A DNA stretch of 33,544 nt from Nitrospiria bacterium. GTDB taxonomy: Bacteria; Nitrospirota; Nitrospiria; JACQCE01. Below are positions 13,067-25,000 of this stretch, piece by piece. A program made the translations under genes and the position numbers. Location of the stretch: contig JBGPIL010000001.1 in assembly GCA_041484905.1 (NCBI GenBank), forward strand, positions 1 through 33,544, in the 5' to 3' direction. A model generated the notes under the pieces. It was not told the DNA's origin. It worked only from the letters and a program-made list of their open reading frames with translations, and ran no database searches. The first letter of the stretch is position 1. Each line of letters opens with the position of its first letter.

Positions 13067-16000
13067 ATGAAAAAACGGGACGCGTCCCTCCTTGTTCGAA
13101 GCCATGTTGTTGTGTTGGGTCTGGCCTTCCTCAGCTTCTTCATCGCCTTGCCCGATAAGGCGCAGGCGGCGACAAAAGACTGGAGCTGCACCGCCGCTAC
13201 GACAGCTTGGGCGACAGGATCGAACTGGGTGGGAGGTGTGGCGCCGACCAATGACCTGACGACAGACATTGCTCGGTTTAATTGTACGAGTTATACAAGT
13301 CAGCCTAATGCCGGCACGACCAGCATCGCTGGAATTGTTATTGGCGATGGCGCCACGGCCACTGCCGCGTTGACGATCAGCGGGACGGCTCTGAGCATCG
13401 GAGCTTCAGGTGTCGTCAAAAATGCCGCTTCAGGCACCGCCACGATCAGTACGGCCACCACACTAGGCGCCGCGTTGCCCTTTACCAACAACTCCGCCAC
13501 TTTACTAACTGTCGGTGCTGGGGCGATCACCAACGGCGCCAATCTTTTAACGGTGAACGGCTCCGGCAACGTCACGATTACGGGCGTAATCGGCAACGGC
13601 GCCGGAGGGGTGACCATGAGCGGCACGGGCACACTGACCCTCCAGGGCGCCAACACCTACTCAGGGGTGACGACGCTGAACGCGGGGACCTTGAAGGCCA
13701 CGACGAGCGCCAGCGCCCTGGGCGCGGGAACGTTGACGCTGGCCGGCGGAACGTTGCAACTGGCCAATGCCGCAACGCTGTCGTTCGGCCGCAACACCAC
13801 CGTGACGGCCAACAGCGCGATTATCTCGGATAAGCTGGCCGCCGGCGCGGGGGTGACCTTCACGCTGGGCACCCTGAGCATCGGGGCGAACACGTTAACG
13901 ATCAGTGCGGGGACCAATGCCACCAGCGGGACGGCGGGGATCACCTTCGGGGCCGTCACGCTGACGGGCGCGGCGACGATCAATAGTGCGACCGCTGCAA
14001 GCGGTTCGTCGGCCGTCAGCCTCGTGACGCTATCGGGCGGGGTGACCAACGGAGGCTTTCTCCTCACGCTTGGCGGTGCCGGTAATACCACGTCCAGCCT
14101 GGTGGCGATTTCCGGCGCGGGGGGCGTGACCAAGAACGACGCAGGCACCTTGACATACTCAATTGCCGAGACCTACACGGGCGCAACTACGATCAATGGT
14201 GGGACCGTGCTCGCAAATGCGACGAACGCGATCGGCAGCAGCAGCGCGGTGACGGTCGCCTCGGGAGCGACGTTGGATCTGCGGTTTGCCGACACGATCG
14301 GATCGTTGGCCGGTGCCGGAACCGTGACGAAGGGGGCGGTGGGGGCCATCACGTTGACGGTCGGCGGGGACAATACGTCAACGACCTTCTCAGGAGTGAT
14401 TCAAAACGGCAGCGGCACTCTCGCCGTGACCAAGACGGGCACGGGCAACCAGACCTTCTCGGGGGCGAATACCTATTCGGGCACCACGACCGTCAGTGCG
14501 GGCACCCTGACTGCCGCAAATACCCAGGCATTGGGGACCGGGACGCTGACACTGTCCGGCGGGACGTTGGACCTGGCGACCGACACGAGCATCAACGCCT
14601 ACAACACCACGGTCTCCCTCACCAGCACGATCATCTCGGATCGGGCCACGGCGGGCGCGGCCGTGACCCACACGCTGGGGACCCTGACCATAAGCGCCAA
14701 CCAGACACTCAATCTCACACTGGGTGGCAATGTGACCAGCGGCACGGCGGGGCTGACGTTTGGGACCACCACGCTGTCGAATGTTGGAGTGGTCTTTAAC
14801 ACGGCGGCGAGCACCAACCTGACGCTGGGGGCCTTGACCGGCAACTTCAGCTTCTCGAAGCAGAACAGCGGCCAATTGACGCTGAACACGGCCAGCGCTC
14901 GCACGAGCGGCGCCGTGACACTCTCCGGCGGCACGACGGTGCTCGGTGATCCCAGCGCCTTGGGCACCACCGGTGTGACCCTGACGCTCTCCGGCGGGAC
15001 GCTGGATCTGGCGACCGACAGCAGTGTCAACGCCTACAACACCACGCTCTCCGCCGGCACCACCAACGGAATCGTCTCGGATCGGGCCACGGCGGGCGCG
15101 GCCATCACCCATACCCTGGGAACCCTGAGCACCAACAACGCCCAGCTCAATGTGACCGTGGGCGGCAATGTGACGAGCGGCACGGCGGGGCTGACGTTTG
15201 GCACGACCACACTTGTAGCCGCGACCCCGATTTTCGACACGGCGGCCAACACCAATCTGACCCTGGGGGCGGTGGGCGGTAATGTTGCCTTCACCAAACA
15301 GAACAGCGGGCAACTGACCTTGAACACGGCAAGCACGCGCACTTTGGCTGCCGGTACGACGACCCTGACGGCGGGTACGTTGAAGCTGGGGACGGGCAAC
15401 GCGCTGAACACCGTCGCCTCGTCGCTGAACCTCAACGGCGGGACGCTGGTGTTGGCCGTGGATGCAAATACGACGTTCAATGGGACCAACGTGGTGGCGG
15501 GTGGGGGAACGGTGCAGGTGAATCGCGCAACGGCGGGGGCTGGCGTCACCGACACGCTGGGGACACTGAGCATCGGCAACGTTCAGCTCAATGTGACCGT
15601 GGGTGGCAACGTCACCAGCGGGACGGCGGGGCTGACGTTTGGGGCGACCACACTCTCGGCCGCGACCCCGATTTTCGACACCGCCTCGAGCACGAACCTG
15701 ACGCTGGGGGCCTTGAGCGGCAATTTCGCCTTCACCAAGCAGAACAGTGGTCAATTGACCCTGAACACGGCCAGTGCCCGGACGCTCGGCGCCGTGACGC
15801 TGGCCGGCGGCACGACGGTGCTCGGTGCGAGCACCGCCTTGGGCAGCGCCGCCGTCCCCCTGACGCTCTCAGGCGGGACGCTGGATCTGGCCATTAATGG
15901 CAGCGTCAGCTCCCACAACACCACGGTGACAGCCGACACCACGATTATTTCGGATCGGGCCACGGCGGGCGCGGGAGTGACCCATGCCTTGGGGGGCCTG

Positions 16001-19000
16001 ACCATCGGGGCGCAGACGTTAACGATCAGCGCCGGGGCGAATGTGACGAGCGGCACGGCGGGGGTCAGCTTTGGTGCGAGCCTTGGGACGACCCTGACGG
16101 GGGCGGCGACCTTCATTAGCGCGAGCAGCTCTCCGGCCGTCAGCCTGCTGACCGTCAGAGGGGGCAACGCAGGCGCAAACACGATGACATTTGATGGAGC
16201 TGGGGATTCAACGGTGTGGATAACGGGGTTTTCAGGGACTGGCGGTCTCGTCAAGAACGGATCGGGCACGTTGACCCTCAGCATCAACAATAGCTACAGC
16301 GGCACCACCACGATCAATGCGGGGACTGTGACCGAGAATATCGCCGGCGGGGCGCTGGCCGGCGCGGTGACCATCGCCGGCGGCACCCTGGACATGGCGG
16401 CGATCTCCGATACCGTGGGCGCCGTGACGCTGACCAGCGGCAGCATCACCGGAACGACCGGCGTCCTCACCGGCAGCTCCTACACGGTGGAGAGCGGCAC
16501 GATCAGCGCCATTCTGGGAGGAGGTGGCATCACGCTGACCAAGAATACAGCGGGGACGGTGACCCTCTCAGGGGCCAACACTTATACCGGCACGACGACG
16601 GTGAATGCGGGCACCCTGGTGGCCACGACGAGCGCCAGCGCCCTGGGGACGGGATCATTGACGCTGGCCGGCGGGACGCTGCAACTGGTCGATGACGCGG
16701 GGCTGGCGTTCAATCGCAACACGACCGTAACGACCACCAGCACGATCATCTCGGATCGGGCCACGCCGGGCGCGGGAGTGACCCACACGTTGGGGACACT
16801 GAGCATTGGAAACTTTCAACTCAATGTGACCGCGGGCGGCAATGTGACGAGCGGCACGGCGGGGCTGACGTTTGGTAATACCACCCTCTCGGCCGCGACC
16901 CCAATTTTCGACACGGCCTCGAGCACGAACCTGACGCTGGGGGCGTTAAGCGGCAACTTCGCCTTTACCAAACAGAACAGCGGCCAATTGACGCTGAACA
17001 CGGCCAGTGGTCGATCAAGCGGCACGGTGACGCTGGCCGGCGGTACCACCGTGCTCGGCAATGCGAGCGCTCTGGGCACCACCGGCGTGCCCCTGACGCT
17101 TTCCGGCGGGACGTTGGATTGGGCGATCGACACGAGCGGCAACGCCTACAACACGACGGTGACGGCTGATAGCGCGATCGTGTCGGATCGGGCCACGACG
17201 GGCGCGGGAGTGACCCATACATTAGGAACGCTGAGCATCGGAGCGCAGTTAACGATCAGCGCCGGGGCGACGAATGTGACCAGCGGCACGGCGGGGATCA
17301 CCTTCGGCGCGACGACCCTGACGGGGCCGGCGACGATCAACAGCGCCAGCAGCTCGCCAGCGAGCCTGCTGACGTTGGGGGCGGTGACCAATGGGGCGAA
17401 TCTCTTCACCTTTACGGGTGCGGGCGACAGCACGGTGGCCGGCGTCCTTGGCAATGGAAGCGGCGGTGTGACCAAGAACGGTACGGGCACGCTGACCCTC
17501 TCTGCGGCCAATACCTACACGGGCGTCACCACGATCAATAACGGTGTCGTGGCGGCGGGCAACGCGGCCGCCCTGGGGGCCACGGGAAGCGGAACGGTTG
17601 TGAACGGCGGGACGCTGGATCTGAACGGCCAGGCCGTTGGTGCGGAGCCGGTCACGCTCAACGGGACGGGCTTTGCCAGCGGCGGCGCCGTGATCAATGG
17701 CAGCGGGACGGCCGCGAGCCTGAGCGGCGCCGTGACGTTGGGCAGCGCCAGCAGTCTCGGCGGCACGGGCGACATGACGCTCAGCGGCGGGATCACCGGC
17801 GGCGCCTTCACCCTCACCAAGACCGGCAGCGGCACGACGACGCTGTCGGGCACTGTCGGCGTCGGCGCCCTGGTGCTCAATGGCGGGACGCTGGCCGGCG
17901 GGTCGAGCGCGTTGACCGTGGCCGGCAACGTCAGCGGCTCGGGCGGGATGAGCTTCACCACGGGTACCTTAACGATCGGCGGGGACAATACGGCATCGGG
18001 CCCCTTTGCCGCCGGGACGGGGACGGTCATCTATAGCAACGCCGGCGCCCACACCGTCCGGGGGATGACCTATCATCATCTGACCGTCACCGGCGGGGGG
18101 ACTTTTTCGCTCAATGTGATCACGACCGTCGGAGGGGATTTCACCATCGGCGCCTCCACCATCTTCCAGACGGCCAGTGTCCCGATGAGCGTCGGCGGTA
18201 ACTGGGCGAACAACGGCACCTTTACCGCCGGCACGGGGATGGTGACGCTCAACGGAACGGCGTTGCAAACCCTCTCCGGCGCGCTGACGGGGACATCGGC
18301 CTTCTATGATCTGACGATCACCAACACCTCCGGAGCCGATCCCAGCGTTTGCGTCGGCCCCGGACCCGATCCCACATTCACGCCGGGCGTCACCTTCTCT
18401 GTGGCGGCCAAGACGACCAATACCTTTGCCATTTCCGGCGGGAACGTCCGGGTCCAATATCTGGCCGGCGCCACCTACGCCTTCACAAACGTGAACTGGT
18501 CGGTGCCGTCGACATCGAACAAGATCACGTTCAGAAGCTCCACTCTGGGCACGCCATGGTTGTTGAATGTGCCGGGCCTGCAATTGGCCGCCTTCTACGT
18601 TGACGTGAAGGATTCGAACAATGTCATTCCGCCAAGCGCCAACCCGATCGGCGTCCTCAACGGCACCGATTGCGGGAATAACACGAACTGGACTTTTGGC
18701 ACGTCGACCAACTGGACGGCGACCAATCCCTCCGTCCTCGGCTTTGACCTCACCAGCGATACGAATCCGGCCGTCCCCTCCTCCATGGAGATCACCGGCA
18801 GCGTCCTCCAGCTCAAGGATCAATCCCCTTCATCCCCGGCCTTTTCCACCTCCTATGTCGAGGCGGTCACCGTGCCCTTCGGCGCGGGGCTGATGATCGT
18901 CCGCTGGGACAAGGTGGTGATCGAACTGCTTGGCGCCGACTTCGGCGTGGTCAAGGTCGGTTATGAATTTTCCACCAACGGCGGCGGTTCCTGGACCTGT

Positions 19001-22000
19001 GTCGATTGCGATCCGACGAACGCCGCCGCGCCGGAGCGCTTCCCGACGAACGCCACCATCAATCTCGGCGAAATCCTTCCGCTGGGCGGGACCCCCGGCA
19101 GCAATCTGATCAAATTCCATATCTATATGAAGTCGGACACCGGCTCGGCTCGGAGCCATACCGTCGGCAGTTTGTCCCTGTCGTTCAATCAGACGCTTGC
19201 GGTGACCAGCACGAACCCCTCCAGCCAGTTGCAAGGCGTCACCCAGGTGGTGCAGATCATCGGCCAAAACTTCCTGTCCGGCGCGATACCGACGATCGGC
19301 AATACCGGCTCCGGCGTCCTCGTGACTGGCGTGAGCTATTCGAGCCAGAACCGGCTGGACGCCACGGTGGCGGTCTCGTCGGTGGCTTCGGTGGGGGCGC
19401 GGGACGTGGTGGTGACCAATCCCGGCGGCTCGGCTGTCTGCTCCAACTGCTTCAGCGTCACGTTCAACCCCAATGCCCCGCCGGTGGTGACGGCGATCAC
19501 TCCAGACCACCGGACCCAGGGGGAGACCGCCCAGACCGTGACGATCGACGGAGGCAATTTTATCGATGGATCGTCTCTCTCGTTCAGCACCACGGCGATC
19601 ACCGTCGATTCGGTGACGATTAATCCGGCCTGCATCAGCGGGTCGCCCTGCACATCGTTCACCGCCGTGATTTCCATCGCCCAGAACGCCCTGCCCGGCA
19701 GTTACTATGTCACCGTCACGGCGCCCGGCGGCGCCTCCGGCACCAGCGACAGTCCACTCTTTACCATCGACGCCGGCCCGCAGGTGACCAGCGTCGTGCC
19801 CGCTTCCGGCACGCCCGGCACGACGATCCCGGCCGTCATCAACGGCGCCAATTTTGAAAGCGGGGCGACGGCCAGCTTCGGCGCCGGCGTCACGAACAAC
19901 TGTGCGTATACCTCCGCCGTCCTGCTGACCTGCACGACCGTGCAGATCGGCGCGGCGGCCCTGCCCGGCACGAGGGACGTCACCGTGACCAATCCGACCG
20001 GCGGGACGATCCGGGGCTCGGGGACCAAGACGGCGGGTTTTCTTGTCTCGACGACGCCGAACCCCGTCAGCGTCACGCCGCCGTTGCTGGGGCCGGGCGC
20101 GACCGGGCAGTCGCTGACGGTCAACAGCCCCACCGCGACCTTTGCCTCCGGCGCGACGGTGACCTTCGGCAAGCCCACCGTTGATCTGTTCAATTTGTGC
20201 AGTAATTTCACCTTCGCCAGCCCGGCATCAATCGGCTGCGTCCTGCCTCAAGAGTTGGCGGCGACCGGCAGCACGAAGGCGCTCTACCATTTTGATGCGG
20301 GCAGCGGGAGTACGGCGGCTGATTCCTCCGGCTCCGGCAATACCGGCACGATCAGCACGACCACCCGCCTCTACCTGCACGAGGCCTCCGACACCGCCGC
20401 CGGCCTGCCGGACGGAGAGCAATCGACCGACACGGCCAATGTCAACTGGACGGCGGCGAATACGATCCGCCAGATGACCGAGACGATCGGCTCGGCGCAG
20501 CAATCGCCCTCGGCCAATACGCTGGCCCAGACCGCCCAGCAGTTGCACTTTATCCGGATGTGGACAAGCCCGCCGTTGGCCGCCCAGACGATTCCGAATA
20601 CCACCACCTGGACATTGAACTTTGCCCGGTTGGAGAACAATGGTTCTGCAAATTTCCTGGCGCGAGTCCACCTCTATGTCTGGCGGCCCGGCACGGCAAC
20701 CAAGGTGGGGACGATCATCGCGCCGACCACGTGGGGGACGACAGGGTGCAACCCGGCCACAACCCCTGCCACATGCAGCGAGAATAGCTCGTCAAGCGCC
20801 GAGCAGTCGTATCACTGGACGGCGATCGCCGGCGGCAACGTGACCGTTCAAGAGGGCGATCGGCTGGTGCTGGAGTGGTGGGGCGATCTGACGCAAGGGT
20901 CGGCCACAACCTACAGCCTGAAGGGCTATTATGACGGCGCCGCCGTGACGACGGCCACGAACACAACGGTGACCAGCCAGGCCAGCTTCTTGGAAGCCTC
21001 CCAGCCCTTTGCGTTGAGCAGCGCCTGGACCGCGATGGGCAAATACTCCCCCGCGCTGACGTTTGACGGGAATAGTGATTACGTGAATGTGCCGGATTCC
21101 GCCACGCTGAGCCTGACGGGCAACTTCAGCCTGGAGGCCTGGATCAGGACCAATCTCAATACGGTCCAGCAGGGGATCATCGAAAAATTTGACGCGGCCG
21201 GAACCAACGGCTATGCCCTGCGGCTGACCGCAGCCGGGAAGCTCCAGGCTGTCACGTATGGCGCGGCGAGCAGCGCGACCGTGACCGGCGCCACCACGGT
21301 GACGAGCGGCGCCTGGCATCATGTGGCGGCGGTCTATAACGGAGCGACGATCAAGGTCTATCTGGATGGCGCGGAGGACGGGAGTGCGGCGGCGGCGGTC
21401 AATCCGACGAATGGGACGAATAGCCTGAGAATCGGCGCGGGCGGAGGAACGGCCGGGGGTTTCTACTTCAACGGCATCATTGATGAACTGGCCATCTTCA
21501 ACGCCGCCCTGCCCGCCACGGGCGCCGGAAGCGTGCAAGAGCATTATCTCGACGGCGTCAGGGCAATCCAACTCCTTGGTTCGGCCCCCTATACAACCGC
21601 GCCGCAGACGGCGACCAGCGCGGCGTTCGGGAGCGGCTATTCGATTCAAAGCTGGAACACGCTGCAGGTGACGAGCAGCGGGACCAATGACGGCCCGACG
21701 ACGATCAAGATCGCCTACAGCAAGGATGGGGGAGCCAGCTTTGTCAGCAGCAGCGGCGGGGCGGCCTTCTCCGATGGGGGGACGACAGTGACGGGCGGGG
21801 TTCAGGTGATTTCGTTGTGCAACACGGCGACCTGCGTGAACGCCTCTGATGCCACCCAAAACCGGATCAAGGTTCAGGTGACAGAGGCGTCGGGGACCGG
21901 CGCCAACCGTCCCTACGATGTAAACCAGATGAAGCTCTCCTGGACGCCGACGACCGGTATCACGATCGTCTCGCCCTTTACGACCAATGGCGCCGGCACG

Positions 22001-25000
22001 GGCGTCTCCTTCGCGGTGAATGTCGCCAACAACCTGGCGCAGGCCGTGCCGACCACGTTTGATGTGACCGTCACCAATCCCGACACCGCCGCCGGCACCT
22101 GCGTCGACTGCTTTATGGTCGCGGAGTCGCTGAGTTTCTCGCCGTCCAGCCTGGGCCAGGGGGCGCAGAACAGGAGCGTGACGATCACCGGCAGCGGCTT
22201 CCAGCCCGGCCTCGCGGTGGACTTCGGCGACGCCAACATCACCAACAACTGCGTCTACAGCTCCTCGACCCAGATCACCTGCTCGGCCGTCAACGTCGGC
22301 GGGGCCGCCACGACAGGCGTGAAGACGGTCAACGTCACCAGCGGCGGCAACGTGATCGGCACGGGCCTCTTTACGGTCAACCCTCATCCGGCGACGCTGA
22401 GTCTCACGCCAGCCAGCGCGCTGGCCAATACCAGCAATCTTCTCGTCACGTTGAACGGCGCCAATTTTCAGAGCGGGGCGACGGTGACCTTCAGCGATTC
22501 GCTGATCACCCAGCATGGATCGTCCAATTACCAGACGATTCCGACCACCTTTGTCAGCAGCAGCCAACTGACGGCGAGCATCGATATTGGAGCGGCCACA
22601 ACCGGCTATCGCGCCGTGGTGGTGACGAATACCGCCGGCGACGGCGGCGTCGGCCAGGGGGCCTACTTCTATGTTGGCGCCCTCTCGACGACCGGCGGCA
22701 TGGTGGCCTATGGGGTGAGCGGGTCGGCCGATCCGAAATTCCGGCTGCTGCAATCGGACGGCAACTGGACCTCGGAGATGGGCATCGGGAGTTATTCCGG
22801 TGAGCCGCGCTGGACGGTGCTGCGCTCCAACCCGCTCTCTTTGGAAAAAGCGTTGGCCATCGTCGATACCAATCGTGCCCTCACGCTGCTGATGTGGGGC
22901 GGCAGCGGCTGGAGCGCGCCGGTGACGGCGACGGCCTCCAGCGGGCCGACCATCTACGCCGCTCGCAGCGTTGACCTGGCCTACGAGTCCGTGTCGGGTC
23001 GTGCGTTGGCCGTCTACGGCGTGACCGGCTCGGCGCTGCCTCGTTACCGGATCTGGGATGGAACGGCGTGGAGCGCGGAGGCGAGCGTGTCGTCGACGCT
23101 CAGCACCGGCGGCGCCCCTACCTGGGTGCGTCTCGTCTCCAGGCCGGGCACGAACGAGATCGTGCTCGTCTATCAGGATACCGGCGGCGGGATCGACGCG
23201 CTGGTCTGGAACGGGAGCGCGTTCGGGAACGAACAGGTGTTGACGACGACCGCGCCCAACAGCCCGAACGTGCAACTGGCCGACGCCGCCGCCGAGCAGT
23301 TGGCCTGCGGCGCCGCCTGCCGGGTTCTTGTCGTCTGGACCGGTCAGAGCCAGGCGACGCCGGTCTCCAGAGTCTGGAATGGAAGCTGGGGGGTGCAACA
23401 GGGCGTGCCGATCAGTTTTAGTTCGAGCCTCGGCTCGTTACGGAGTGTCAGGCTGGCGGCCGATCCGGCCAGCCAGGACATCGCGCTCGGCGTAACGGCC
23501 ACCGGCGGGCAACTCTCCCTCTCTTTCTGGCACAGCGCGGCCTGGGCCACCAGCGGGACGGCTGCGCCCCAGACGGTGGCGACGATCCTGCCCTCCTCGC
23601 TGGTCAGTCAAGGCCGTCCGTTCGATCTGACCTGGCAGGGCGCCTACTCCGGCATCCCCAGCCGCCTCTACGTTGTCTATGGCGATGTGGCGCCGATGGC
23701 CAGAAACTGGACAGGGGTTGCCGGCTGGTCGGCGGAAACCAACATGGTGTCCACGTCGGCGCTGCTTGGCCAGTATCACATGGACGAAACGAGCAATCCG
23801 CTCCTTGACAGCTCCGGGAATGGAAAAGATCTGACATTGACCACGACATCGATGACCGGGCAGCCGGGTATTGCCGGCCAGTCGGTGGTTTTCGGCAGCG
23901 GCGTCTCCGCGTCGGCATCGAATACCTCGGCCCTGGGCGTGAGCGGCGCCGTTCTCACGATGTCCGCGTGGGTTTATCCGAACAGCTTCCCCTCCCAGGC
24001 GATCATCCTGAACAAGGAAAGCTCATACGGGATGGGGATCAATGGCGGTCAGCTCCAGGCGGAGATCATGACCAATCCCGGCAGCGGGTGCAGTTGGAGC
24101 TGGGTGGGATCGACGGCCCTGACGCTCAACGTGTGGCAGCATGTCGCGGTGACGTATGATGGAAGCAATATCAAATTCTACGTCAACGGGCTTCTGACAC
24201 AAACCATCTCCAAAACCGGAACCATCTGCACCTCGGCCAACGCGTTCATGATCGGCGCCCGGCCGGCCGGCAGCAATTTCATCGGCCGGATCGATGAGGT
24301 CCGAATCCTCAATGCCGCCATGACGCCGCCAGCCATGCTCCAATTGGCGGCGGATCAGCGCGGCTCGCTCAACCTGTGGGTGGGCCAACTGAACGAGGCG
24401 CCAGCCCTGCAAACCATCCTGGGCAGCGGCGCCGCCTGGTCGGCCCCCGTTTCCATTGCCGCGCCGGCTTCGGGCGCGCAGTTCGTCTCGCCGAACACCG
24501 TCTATCCCGAATCATCGATGCTGGCGATGGCCGCGGGCACGGGCGCGCCGATCCTGGCCATCTTCGGCGCCTCGCCCGGATCGGCCTATCAGGGCCAAAC
24601 GCTCGACGTCACCGTTTCGGGCGCCAATTTCGTTTGCCCGGCCGGGCCGCTGTCCTGCGATATGACGTCCAATCCGACGACCGCGACCCAGATCACGTCG
24701 TTCGGCGATCCCAACATCACCATCGCTTCAGGGACGGTCCATACCGACACCCAGACCATCGTCGTCACCATCACGATCGGCGCACCCGCCTCGGTCGGGT
24801 TCGACAACATCACCGCCGTGAACCCCGACGCCACGTCGGCGACGGGCGCGAACCTGTTTCAGGTGCTCTCTATCCTCTCCGTCGTCTCAACGACGTGCGG
24901 GACCGTGACCGATTGCGTCCTGGGCCAGGGGGCGCAGAATCAGACGGTGACGATCAGCGGCAACGGCTTCCATGACTTCAGCGTCACGGACACCGAAGCG

